A DNA stretch of 64,000 nt from Nitrososphaerota archaeon (GTDB lineage: Archaea > Thermoproteota > EX4484-205 > JAAOZP01). The stretch lies in the NCBI GenBank assembly GCA_011605725.1, contig JAAOZP010000017.1:1-64000 (forward strand), in the 5' to 3' direction. The notes under the pieces are model-generated. The model did not search any database and was not told the origin of the DNA. It worked only from the letters and a program-made list of their open reading frames with translations. The translations under genes were made by a program, and so were the position numbers. Shown piece by piece: positions 38,173 to 47,352 of the stretch (the stretch's first letter is position 1; each line of letters starts with the position of its first letter).

Positions 38173-39789
38173 TCAAATCATCCTCACTCTTTCTTTTGAA
38201 AATTGCGACCCGGCTGTTTCAACAATAATTACTATTGAAGTGAGGAGCGAGGTTAAGGCTAACGCCAGGTTAAGCCTTCTGTAATCTATAAGCAGGTTGA
38301 TGGCTACTGGGATCGTCATCAGGTTGAGCGTGCTGAAGAAGGTTGAGAACGTGAAGTCGCTTAAAGACGAGGAGAACGCCATTAGAAGCGTCGCTACCAC
38401 GGCGGGCAGTATGAGCGGTATTTCAACCCTTATAAGCCTGAAGACGACGGTTGCACCATGAGCATCAGCAGCTTCACGGTATTCTTTAACTATTCTGCTC
38501 CAGGATGCTTCGATAATTCTGGTTGCAAGCGGCACGACTACTGCTGACTGGCCTATCACCATGAGCATCCAGCTTCCATATAGCTTGACAATGCCAAAGC
38601 CGTAGGATAGAAGTATTCCGAGGGCAAGTGATGAGCGCGACATTGTTAATGGAAGAACCATAAGTATGCTTACGATTTTCTCTAAAACACCGCCGGCAAG
38701 CTTTGAAGACCAAACTATCGCAACGGAGAGCAGTGTTGAAAAAACTGAGACGATGAGCGCTATCGATAGGCTTTGAAGAAAAATCTCGCTGAGGCTGAGG
38801 CCGAAGCCGAATTTAAAATCGCAAAGCTCCCTGAAAAGCAGCGGCACGGAGTGTCCTGCCTCTAAAAACGGGCCTACAACCGGTATCACGATGGGCGTAA
38901 GCTCGAAAACGCAGATGAACACCACGTATGCAGCCAGAAGAATCCCGCTGAAGCTTGAAAAGAGCTTTGAAACAGGTTCCTCAACATGACGCTCCACTGA
39001 GGAGGGGGCATAGTATTTTTCCCTTAAAAAAATAATTATGATCGACAAGAACAGTGTTGACGATAGTTGAAGCAGAGCTATGGATGATGAGACTGGTTTA
39101 AACCTGGTGGCGTATATCTCGACCTCAAGTGTTGTAAACTTTCCTCCCACGAGCATTGGTGTGGAATATGTTATGAATGAGAATGCGAACACAAGTAGTG
39201 AGGCAGCAACCATGTGCGGCGTTAAAAAGTTTAAGTATACTGTTTTGAAGACTCGTAGAGTTGAGCCTGAGAAAACCCTGGCGGCATCTACAAGGTCTTG
39301 ATCAACAGAGGAAAAGCCCTGTTCAAGAATGAGGGTTGCTAACGGAACATAGTATATTACGTGCGCCAGTATCACAGCCCACATTGAATATAGGATTTTA
39401 ACAACCGGCTCGCCTGTTGCGAAAATTTGGGAAAGAAGAGAGTTGACGATTCCTTTTTCCCCAAGCAACACTATAAGGCCCTCTGCTACTGTGAAAGCAG
39501 GGACAAAGAACGGTGTAAGTAAAACATACTCTAGAATCCTCTTTCCTTTAAACGAATACTTAGCTAGGAAGAATGCTAATGGGAGAGATAGAAGCAGGGT
39601 AATCAGCGTTGAGAAGACGGCTTGCATAAGAGTCCCGTAGAACAGCCTATGAATATAGTCGTCAAGAAGGATATTTACAAGGTCCTTCTGGTTCACGTTG
39701 CCTATTAGAAAGGATAAGGGCATCATGTAGAAGAAGAGCAGGAATAAAAAGAAAGGCGTGAAGATTAGAAGCTTCCTGATGATGCTCAT
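38173..39789 (-). CDS. thiP: ABC transporter permease, two fused domains (ThiP-like)
   Basis: Two EAA-type loops (DAAR, EAAD), about 12 TM helices; ATGA overlap with the binding-protein gene. Confidence 0.8.
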   Translation of the reverse strand: MSIIRKLLIFTPFFLFLLFFYMMPLSFLIGNVNQKDLVNILLDDYIHRLFYGTLMQAVFSTLITLLLSLPLAFFLAKYSFKGKRILEYVLLTPFFVPAFTVAEGLIVLLGEKGIVNSLLSQIFATGEPVVKILYSMWAVILAHVIYYVPLATLILEQGFSSVDQDLVDAARVFSGSTLRVFKTVYLNFLTPHMVAASLLVFAFSFITYSTPMLVGGKFTTLEVEIYATRFKPVSSSIALLQLSSTLFLSIIIIFLREKYYAPSSVERHVEEPVSKLFSSFSGILLAAYVVFICVFELTPIVIPVVGPFLEAGHSVPLLFRELCDFKFGFGLSLSEIFLQSLSIALIVSVFSTLLSVAIVWSSKLAGGVLEKIVSILMVLPLTMSRSSLALGILLSYGFGIVKLYGSWMLMVIGQSAVVVPLATRIIEASWSRIVKEYREAADAHGATVVFRLIRVEIPLILPAVVATLLMAFSSSLSDFTFSTFFSTLNLMTIPVAINLLIDYRRLNLALALTSLLTSIVIIVETAGSQFSKERVRMI

Positions 39790-40811
39790 CCGGTTTTTAC
39801 CTCTCTCCTCCACTTTTCAAGCCACTGTTCAACGCTTCCCGCAATCTCAGCGTTGAAGGTTACTTTCTCTGAAGGTATTGGAGCGTAGCTAAACAATTCG
39901 ACGGAAGCCTTAGGGTTAACAGGATACATGTATCCTTCAGGTGCAATAAGGTTCTGCGCCTCAGTGCTTAAAACGAACTCTATGAACTTCTTAGCTATTT
40001 CAGGATGCTTAGCGTTCTTAACTAAAGCTATGCCTTCCCTGTAAACAAATCCCTCGACAGCCATGCTTGTAAGGTTAGGAGTCTCCTCGTAACCCACGTC
40101 AGTGTTAAACATGGGTCCAATAGCAACCTCACCTTTTTTCAAAGCCATTATAGAGGAGGTCCAGCCTGAAGGATGAGTCTTAACATTATGCTCAAGCTGT
40201 TTTAGGAAGCTGAATCCTTCTTCAACACCTTTAACGGATAAAACCCATACTAAGAATGATAAGCCTGTTCCGCTTGAAGTCGGATCCTGGTAGAATACTA
40301 GGCCCTTATACTCTGGTCTAAGCAGGTCGTCAAGCCTCTCAGGCGGTGGAAGGCCTAGTCTGGCGAGGATACTGCTGTTGTATGTTATTATAACGTAGCC
40401 TTTATCCATAGGTATAACCGTGCCAGTATGATCCCATATTTCATCCACCGGTATCAGTGAAATATTCTGAGGCCTATACGGCTCTAAAACACCTGCATCT
40501 ATCAAGGTTTTCGCATAAAATTCAGGAATACCCATTATTACATCAGCCACTGGAGAATCTTTTTCAAGGATGAGCTTGTTAGCTATCTCGATTGAACCCA
40601 TGCCGTAGCTTATGAAAGTCACGTTCACGTTAGGATACCTGTTTTTAAACTCTCTCACAAAAGCCGTTGCGAGTCCTGATATTCCCCTAGGCCCGTAAAT
40701 TATCAACGTGTCTTCAAGCCTAGGCTGACTGAGTTGAAGATACAGTATTGAAGACACTATGGCTAGCACTGCAGCTGCCGAAGCCAGCATTATTCTCCAG
40801 CCTATTCTCAT
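39786..40811 (-). CDS. thiB: Thiamine ABC transporter substrate-binding protein (TbpA/ThiB-like)
   Basis: N-terminal TM anchor; LEKDSPVADV, DPTSSGTG, GW, YPVN; downstream of a TPP riboswitch. Confidence 0.82.
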   Translation of the reverse strand: MRIGWRIMLASAAAVLAIVSSILYLQLSQPRLEDTLIIYGPRGISGLATAFVREFKNRYPNVNVTFISYGMGSIEIANKLILEKDSPVADVIMGIPEFYAKTLIDAGVLEPYRPQNISLIPVDEIWDHTGTVIPMDKGYVIITYNSSILARLGLPPPERLDDLLRPEYKGLVFYQDPTSSGTGLSFLVWVLSVKGVEEGFSFLKQLEHNVKTHPSGWTSSIMALKKGEVAIGPMFNTDVGYEETPNLTSMAVEGFVYREGIALVKNAKHPEIAKKFIEFVLSTEAQNLIAPEGYMYPVNPKASVELFSYAPIPSEKVTFNAEIAGSVEQWLEKWRREVKTG

Positions 40812-40854
40812 TTATCCCACCTCCTTTCATACTGGGCGGTAGAAGAAGGAGCGT

Positions 40855-40958
40855 CGGGTAGCTTCCCTACGCCGGTATTATCCGGATCAGGTTAATAGGG
40901 GTCGACCCCCATGCAGGGTCCTCTCAGCCGGGCTTCCCCAGCTCCCCCAGCTACCGCC
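40855..40958 (-). ncRNA. TPP (THI-box) riboswitch
   Basis: Minus strand GGGGAGC...GGCUGAGAG...GACCC...AACCUGAUCCGGAUAAUACCGGCGUAGGGAAG; P1 GGUAGCU/AGCUACC; sits 5' of the thiamine transporter, with a TATA box at ~40985-40992. Confidence 0.95.
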
Positions 40959-41065
40959 GTTAAGCTCCCTTATGAAACAATCGCTTTATAAGTATTACTC
41001 CTGCTGTTCCGTCAGCGTTTGGAAAAATATATAATGTTTACGTGTTACAAACAGGTTCTCAAGGA

Positions 41066-41875
41066 ATGACCAAGATAAACTATCACATTCACAGCACGTA
41101 TAGTGATGGACGGGCCTCAATACTGGAGTATGTTGAGGAAGCAGCTAGAAAGGGGTTTAACGAGATCGCCTTTACTGAACACTTAGCAATACGGCCAGGA
41201 TCAATGAAAAAACTGTATTACTCTATAGATGTCTCCAAGATAGATGATTATGTTAAAGAGGTTAGAGAGGCTGAGAAAAGTTTAAAGGGCTTAAAGGTGA
41301 AGGCGGGTTTAGAGGTCGACTACTTTCCAGGCTCAGAATCATTGCTTAAAGACATCTTAGGAAGCAACGATTTGGATTTCACCATGGTGAGCATCCATTG
41401 GATAGGCGAGTTTTGTCTAGACTGTGTAAAGTATAAGAAGGCTTTTCAAATCGCGGTTAGAGAAGAGGGTTTCGACAAATTCTACTCGAAGTATCTGAAG
41501 CTTCTTGGAGAAGCAGTGGAATCAGGATTGTTCAACGTTATTGCGCACTTCGATATAGCTAGAAACTGGGGTTTCAAAACCTCTAATGATTTTAAGATGG
41601 ATGAGCTCATGATCCTGGAAAAAGCAAGTAGCCTGGGAATGGTTGTTGAGGTTTCCAGCAAGGGGTTGAGAAACCCTGTTAACGAGCCGTATCCGACTCG
41701 GAAGATTCTAGAATACTGTAGCTCCATCAAAATACCGATTACACTTGGTACTGATGCCCATAGGCTGAGCGAGATCGACTCAAACTATGATTCTATAGTT
41801 GAGTATGCTAAGACTGCTGGTTACTCAGAGTTAGCCACGTTCGACAGGAGGAAGCTGACTCTCGCTCCTTTTTAA
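41066..41875 (+). CDS. Histidinol-phosphatase HisJ-type PHP protein
   Basis: YHIHSTYSDG, FTEH, GLEVD, SIH, AHFD, GTDAH. Confidence 0.85.
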   Translation: MTKINYHIHSTYSDGRASILEYVEEAARKGFNEIAFTEHLAIRPGSMKKLYYSIDVSKIDDYVKEVREAEKSLKGLKVKAGLEVDYFPGSESLLKDILGSNDLDFTMVSIHWIGEFCLDCVKYKKAFQIAVREEGFDKFYSKYLKLLGEAVESGLFNVIAHFDIARNWGFKTSNDFKMDELMILEKASSLGMVVEVSSKGLRNPVNEPYPTRKILEYCSSIKIPITLGTDAHRLSEIDSNYDSIVEYAKTAGYSELATFDRRKLTLAPF

Positions 41876-42336
41876 GCCTCTTTAAACCATCGGCCTAAGC
41901 CGCCTTCCGTCTTTCTAACCCTGAATTGCTCAGCCTCCTTAAGAACCTCCTTGTAATGAGGATATTTAATTCTACTTATAGCTTCTTCTAAGCCTAGCCA
42001 TTCGAAGCCCTCGTGCTCCCAAGATATTGAAACATTTTTCTCCAAGGCTTCTCCTAGAAATAGGACTAGGGTTTTGCTGACGAGTGTACCGTCATCCCTC
42101 CTATAATAGTAGTTTAAAACTTTTCTGAAGCCAGGTATGACCCTAATTTTATCTATCCCGCTTTCCTCCTTCAATTCTCTCAAGGCTGCCGCGAGTTCAT
42201 CCTCGCCCTCCTCTATATTGCCCTTTGGAAAATCAAGCCTGCCTCCGATTTTTAGAAACAAGTATTTCACTTCACCGTTTTCCTTAGTAAAAACTATGAA
42301 GCCGGCGGACTTCTCTTTCATCCGAGAGCTGGACAA
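41872..42336 (-). CDS. Nudix hydrolase (Ap4A hydrolase-like)
   Basis: SAG, PKGNIEEGE..AALRELKEESG Nudix box, SWEH. Confidence 0.9.
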   Translation of the reverse strand: MSSSRMKEKSAGFIVFTKENGEVKYLFLKIGGRLDFPKGNIEEGEDELAAALRELKEESGIDKIRVIPGFRKVLNYYYRRDDGTLVSKTLVLFLGEALEKNVSISWEHEGFEWLGLEEAISRIKYPHYKEVLKEAEQFRVRKTEGGLGRWFKEA

Positions 42337-42416
42337 TAAGCTTTAACCCCGGTTTCTCTTTATAAGTTTTTTCGGGAAAAGCTTATTTTTAACGCCCGCA
42401 ACATGTAGAATGATGA

Positions 42417-42866
42417 GTGATGGAGAAGGAAGAGCTTTTAAAAATGCTCAACCATGCGCTTGAACTCGAGCACGCGGCTTATGTGCAGTACCTCAGTCAC
42501 GCTGAGCTGATAGACGGTGAGAACGCTGAACAATTAATAGCGAGGCTTAAGGAGATAGCAAACGATGAGAAAACCCATCAGGAGAAGTTCAGGTCTCTAA
42601 TAGGCATGCTTGGTGGAACGCCCAGCATGAGTATTGCAGAAACCCATCCGGCTAAAACAGTTAGGGAAATACTTGAGCAGAATCTGAAGGATGAGAAAGA
42701 GGCTGTCGACACGTACAGGAAGATATATGAAGCGGTTGTCAGAGGAAGGGGAAGAGGATATTATGATATGCTTCTTGAACATGAAATAAGACACATAATG
42801 ATGGATGAGCAGGAGCACATAACTGAGCTGGAACTATTGCTCGGAAAGTCAGGCGAAAGCTATTAA
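42417..42866 (+). CDS. Ferritin-like/bacterioferritin-type protein
   Basis: E..YVQY, DEKTH, E..AV..Y, DEQEH ferroxidase pattern. Confidence 0.88.
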   Translation: MMEKEELLKMLNHALELEHAAYVQYLSHAELIDGENAEQLIARLKEIANDEKTHQEKFRSLIGMLGGTPSMSIAETHPAKTVREILEQNLKDEKEAVDTYRKIYEAVVRGRGRGYYDMLLEHEIRHIMMDEQEHITELELLLGKSGESY

Positions 42867-42879
42867 ACTCTTTAAAAAA

Positions 42880-43833
42880 CTACCGGAATATCCAGTTAGG
42901 GTTTGCTTCTTTCTCCTCAACCAAACTTCTCAACGCTTCCCTATCTGTAATTTCTTTAACTGGTTTCATCAGCGCTTCCTCCTCTTCCGGAGACATGGAG
43001 AAGTTTGCCAAGTATGTCTTCCCGTTCAAGTATCTTAAACGACCCCTAACTTTTTCACCTATCCTTTTGTCAACCTCCTTAAAGTCCTCAGGCGACAGCC
43101 TAAGCCCTTCCCAAGGTTTTAAACCCATTACGAAACCCCAGTCGTCGCAGAAGCTTTTAACATAAACATGCAGAGGAACGGAGGCTCCAAAAACCCTTCT
43201 AACAGTCCAGAATATTCTTCTAAACTGGCTGCTCTGAAACGCGGTTGCCTGAGTAATAAAGGATCCGCCTGGCTTAAGAGCATTATGAACCATCCTGTAA
43301 AACTCTATGGAGTATAGTAGAACTGAAGGCCCTCCCTCCACGGGGTCAGTCAAATCTATCACTATTGAATCATAATAATTCTTTTTGCGCGATATGAATT
43401 TCCTAGCGTCAGTATAGTGAATTCTAACTCTCCGGCTTTTCAACGACCCCTTGTTTAAACGTTGAAGATATTTTTCAGAGACTTCAACAACTCTTCTATC
43501 TATGTCTACAAGATCCACTTGCTCAACATCCCTGTATTTTAAAACTTCTCTAAGCGCGCAGCCATCTCCTCCCCCCAGTATGGCGATACGCCTCCTGTTT
43601 TCAGCGTTCAGAAGCGGTGTGTGAACAAGCGTCTCGTGATACCTGTATTCATCGTATTCAGCAACCTGAATAAGGCCGTCCAGCACCAAGCATAATCCGA
43701 ATTCAGGTGACTCCACTAGTTCTAAGGTTTGAAACCTTGTTCTCTCAGCAAGCAAAATCCTGCTTACTCTGAAGAGAAAGTAATTGTTGAAAAGGTCGAG
43801 TGTTAAGTATCTTGCTCTAGTTAACCTGGACAT
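42880..43833 (-). CDS. speE: Polyamine aminopropyltransferase (spermidine synthase)
   Basis: LDGLIQ, YHETLVH, LGGGDG, VDID, DLTDP. Confidence 0.93.
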   Translation of the reverse strand: MSRLTRARYLTLDLFNNYFLFRVSRILLAERTRFQTLELVESPEFGLCLVLDGLIQVAEYDEYRYHETLVHTPLLNAENRRRIAILGGGDGCALREVLKYRDVEQVDLVDIDRRVVEVSEKYLQRLNKGSLKSRRVRIHYTDARKFISRKKNYYDSIVIDLTDPVEGGPSVLLYSIEFYRMVHNALKPGGSFITQATAFQSSQFRRIFWTVRRVFGASVPLHVYVKSFCDDWGFVMGLKPWEGLRLSPEDFKEVDKRIGEKVRGRLRYLNGKTYLANFSMSPEEEEALMKPVKEITDREALRSLVEEKEANPNWIFR

Positions 43834-44191
43834 GTTCTAACACTCCTCGCCTAAGCTCCCTGTACCGTACTTTTTTAGCTTTCAGAGCCCTGGTTATGTG
43901 TCTGAGAGCTAGCTTCGGCATGCTTCTCTTCCCACATGTGAATATATCTATGGCTGCATAGCCGTACTCCGGCCATGTGTGAATAGCTATGTGAGACTCC
44001 GCTATAACCACAACTCCGGAAACACCCTGGGGAGTAAACTTATGGAAACTGCAATCTATTATCCGTGTCTTGGCTTTTTCAGCAGCTTCCATCACTGTTT
44101 TCCTAACATATTCTAAGTCATCTAGCAGTTCTTCATCGCAATAGTATAGCTCCGCTATTATTTGCTCACCTAAACACATTATTCCACTCAT
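43817..44191 (-). CDS. speD: S-adenosylmethionine decarboxylase proenzyme
   Basis: FTPQGVS, AESH (pyruvoyl cleavage site), HTWPE, DIFTCG; overlaps speE. Confidence 0.92.
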   Translation of the reverse strand: MSGIMCLGEQIIAELYYCDEELLDDLEYVRKTVMEAAEKAKTRIIDCSFHKFTPQGVSGVVVIAESHIAIHTWPEYGYAAIDIFTCGKRSMPKLALRHITRALKAKKVRYRELRRGVLEHVQVN

Positions 44192-44578
44192 TTCTGATTT
44201 TTTCAAAATAGTGTATACTAAAACGATTTAAATTTTACGGTTTAAGCGTCAAAAATAAGGTTAAAATGTTTTTTCTTGGAAAAAAACGATTTTAAGTAGA
44301 AATTATAATTGAATGTTGAACAATACCTGACTTAGTCTTTTTTTCGGCTTCAAAAAGCATTTTTCTTCTGTTTTTTTAATTTTAAAACGCTTAACACGTT
44401 TTTTCAAGTCTCATTTTCCAGCATAGTATGTGGAAGACGGCCGGGGAAAACGCTGGAACCATGGCTGCGCAGGCCGTGTTAAAACCCTTGCGTCTAAGAA
44501 TCATTCCGTCAGCACACAGCCTTGTCCATCAAATAATGGACCGGGCGGGGTGAGCCCTCATGCTGCAAACCGTGAACC

Positions 44579-45541
44579 TCAGTAGGAGGATTTTAAAAGC
44601 AGGTCTAAATACCTGTAGCCACCGTCCGGCAGGACTGTAACAATATTTCCACCTTTAAAGTCTCCAGCCGCTTTCAAACAGGCTGAAACATTCGCCCCCG
44701 AAGATACTCCGCACAGCAAACCCTCGATCCTAGCAAGCTGAAGAGTTGTCTGAACAGCCTCTTCATCGCTCACCAGCATGACCTTGTCGACAAGACCCAG
44801 GTTATCCTGAAGGATTTTTGAGACAAAACCCTCTCCAATGCCTTCTATTATATGCGGTATCCCGGTTATCTTTGAAGTACTTATACCGTAAAACATGTTG
44901 TATAGCGCCGGGGAATTCTCAGGCTCGACTGCGATTAAACGCACATCTGGATACTTTTCCCTCAAGGCCTTTCCGACCCCTATAAGCGTCCCGCCGGTTC
45001 CTACTCCTGCGATAAAGGCGTCTATCTTCTCATCCAGTTGCCCGAGGATCTCTCTACCCGTACCCTCATAATGAGCCTTAACATTATCCTCGTTTGAGAA
45101 CTGGTTGACTAGGAAGCCATTAGTCTTTTCAGCTATTTCCTTAGCCTTTCTAACTACGCCCTCCATACCCTCCCTCTCAGGAACTAAAACTATCTTAGCG
45201 TTTAACGCATGCATCATCTGCCGCTTAGCCTTAGCAGTGGTATCCGGCATTACTAAGACAGCGCTGTAGCCTTTAACTGCTGCAACCATCGCGACAGATA
45301 TTCCTGTGTTTCCGCTAGTAGCCTCAACTATGATGGAGCCTGGTTTAAGAAGACCCTTCTCCTCCGCGGAGTTAATTATTTGCAGCGCAACCCTATCCTT
45401 TATGCTTCCCGTCGGGTTTAGGAACTCCAGTTTTGCAAAAATATTTGCTCCTGCTTTTTTCGAGATGCTGCTTAATCTTACTAAAGGGGTTTTTCCTATT
45501 GCACCAAGGACGTTGGGAACTTTCATATCCCGATCAGACAT
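44579..45541 (-). CDS. cysK: Cysteine synthase (O-acetyl/O-phosphoserine sulfhydrylase family)
   Basis: NPTGSIKDR (PLP Lys), TSGNTG, GVGTGGT, IEGIG, SSGAN. Confidence 0.88.
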   Translation of the reverse strand: MSDRDMKVPNVLGAIGKTPLVRLSSISKKAGANIFAKLEFLNPTGSIKDRVALQIINSAEEKGLLKPGSIIVEATSGNTGISVAMVAAVKGYSAVLVMPDTTAKAKRQMMHALNAKIVLVPEREGMEGVVRKAKEIAEKTNGFLVNQFSNEDNVKAHYEGTGREILGQLDEKIDAFIAGVGTGGTLIGVGKALREKYPDVRLIAVEPENSPALYNMFYGISTSKITGIPHIIEGIGEGFVSKILQDNLGLVDKVMLVSDEEAVQTTLQLARIEGLLCGVSSGANVSACLKAAGDFKGGNIVTVLPDGGYRYLDLLLKSSY

Positions 45542-45695
45542 GGCTTAGACTGGCTTATCAGCTTATAAACTCTAAGTGTAAAGCCTTTCTGATCCTTGAC
45601 TGATTATGAGAATGCATAGAGGTTTATGAAAAAGCAATTAGGAGGCTTCATAGCCAAAAACATGGGAAAAACATTGTTAACAGAATACCGGGCTA

Positions 45696-46199
45696 TTAAG
45701 ATAGGCGTGCCGTCCCCCTGAATATGGTTAGCATCCTGCCGGCTTCATCATTTAAAGCGCCCGTTCCTCTGACAGCATATAGGCCACCGCCCATCCAGAA
45801 GTACTTTATGTGAAGCGCCAGAGTTATCGAGCGCCCGTCGCAGCTAAGTCTAAGTAGGATAACATTCCTCTCGAGAAGTATGACGCCTTCCGCTTTATCA
45901 ACGCTGTAACTATTCTCGCCGATCTTAATTGTTCCCGTAACTGATTTAACGGGGATAAGATTCTTCCGTTTAACGCCAAGCTCAAGAGTCAAGTCCATAG
46001 TGAGCCTCATCCTTTCATTCTTCTCGTCTATTTTTCTTACAGTCACTCCATTCACATGAATAGAAACCTTTGAGTTTGAGCTCATTGAAGATACTTCTCC
46101 ATCAGGTTCCCCGACGATGTTTAGCGGCAACATAGCTAAAACTACTATCGCCAATAGGCTCATTAACAGCGTCTTTTTGAATTTCTCTATGTTTCTCAT
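45696..46199 (-). CDS. Secreted/anchored beta-rich hypothetical protein
   Basis: GGAGGTG SD, basic N-region plus hydrophobic signal, alternating beta-strand pattern. Confidence 0.7.
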   Translation of the reverse strand: MRNIEKFKKTLLMSLLAIVVLAMLPLNIVGEPDGEVSSMSSNSKVSIHVNGVTVRKIDEKNERMRLTMDLTLELGVKRKNLIPVKSVTGTIKIGENSYSVDKAEGVILLERNVILLRLSCDGRSITLALHIKYFWMGGGLYAVRGTGALNDEAGRMLTIFRGTARLS

Positions 46200-46235
46200 C
46201 TTCACCACCTCCATCTAGAAATGTTTTAACCCTGC

Positions 46236-46304
46236 TTTTTATATCTGAGGCATGATTCGTATGGATGATTCGTCCATAAACTTTAAAAATATTGATGAAT
46301 CAAC
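46236..46304. promoter_or_regulatory. Divergent promoters with repeated palindromic operator (GAYGAWTCRTC-like)
   Basis: ATGATTCGT at 46252 and 46265; palindrome ATGGATGATTCGTCCAT 46261-46277; GATGAATCAAC at 46294; TATA-like boxes at ~46236-46244 (-) and ~46282-46289 (+). Confidence 0.55.
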
Positions 46305-46317
46305 ATTTTAGACAATC

Positions 46318-46947
46318 TTGGACGGCTTACTGTTCCTATCCATTCTTACGGAGCCGGTGTGCGCAGTAATCAGCTTCATAATAAGTTATTATGCGTATAA
46401 GGGTTATAGAATATCGTCTGCCAGTAAACTTTTTCTACTGCATCTAGGGTTTTTATTGCTGGGTGTAAGCCTGCTGCTCCGCTTTATAACATTCGGCTTT
46501 CTCATCGCGTTGCGAATATCAGAACCATTGTTTCAAGCTTTAAGATCAAAAGTTCTTCTCGGAGGAATAGTTTTCTCCTCCCTTCAGCTGATTGCTTACG
46601 TTCTCTTCTCCGTATCGTACACCTCAAAGGCAGAATCATTCCAAGAGAATGGAAAAAATCTAGCTATTCTTCCAGGCATATACATCATCTTCTTCAACCC
46701 TCTTTTAGAACTTATCTCTCTCACTATACTCGGCTACGTTTTGGCCCGTGCTTTAATACTCTTCATTTATAAAACTGAAGGAAACTCCCTTCTAGTCCTA
46801 CTGGGTTTCACCTGTTTCTTCATAAGCCACCTTTTCTTCCTCTTCGCGACATTAGGTGAAGCACTTGTTTTCCTCGGCCAGATGATACAGCTCCTCGGCT
46901 ACATATTCTTTTTAATAATGTTGACACGGGTGGCCAGGTCGGTTTGA
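46318..46947 (+). CDS. Polytopic (6-7 TM) membrane protein
   Basis: Almost entirely hydrophobic helices; 4-nt overlap with the wHTH gene. Confidence 0.75.
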   Translation: MDGLLFLSILTEPVCAVISFIISYYAYKGYRISSASKLFLLHLGFLLLGVSLLLRFITFGFLIALRISEPLFQALRSKVLLGGIVFSSLQLIAYVLFSVSYTSKAESFQENGKNLAILPGIYIIFFNPLLELISLTILGYVLARALILFIYKTEGNSLLVLLGFTCFFISHLFFLFATLGEALVFLGQMIQLLGYIFFLIMLTRVARSV

Positions 46948-47231
46948 CTGCTCCAAAGGAGTATCGTTCAAAGGCACGCATATACTTCGACATACTGAAT
47001 CAAATAGCCGAGGAAGGTGGTAGAGCTGGACCCACACGTATTCTTTACGGTGCAAACCTGTCGCATGACCGTCTGACTAAACACTTGGCCCAGCTTATCA
47101 ACCTAGGGTTAATCGTTGAGGAAAAGGAGGAGGACAGGGTGTTCTACTCTTTAACTGAGAAAGGAATGGCTTTTATCCAAGAGTTTCGCCGGATACAGGC
47201 TTTCGCCAAAGCCTTTGGAATACCTATTTGA
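46944..47231 (+). CDS. Winged-helix transcriptional regulator (HTH_45/COG3432-like)
   Basis: RSKARIYFDIL, TRILYGANLS, YSLTEKG. Confidence 0.88.
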   Translation: MTAPKEYRSKARIYFDILNQIAEEGGRAGPTRILYGANLSHDRLTKHLAQLINLGLIVEEKEEDRVFYSLTEKGMAFIQEFRRIQAFAKAFGIPI

Positions 47232-47352
47232 AAAACCTTCACAATGCCTTTAGCAGCCAGCAATAAACAGTTAAACAGAGTTCAGAATCAATCTTCTCGG
47301 CTTCAAGCATGGAAAGATTTATGAGTGTAAGCAGGAGATTATAATACTGGTA

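Noticed and set aside
44210-44480. Very AT-rich speD upstream region with two AAAACGATTT copies and an ACGGCC/GGCCGT stem; considered as a SAM riboswitch
   Set aside because: No SAM-riboswitch consensus; low-complexity matches are expected by chance
44537-44585. TGGACCGGGCGGG resembling the reverse complement of an archaeal tRNA 3' end (possible att site or intron-split tRNA)
   Set aside because: Only 13 bp; no proper T-loop or complementary T-stem, no 5' half and no integrase in the window
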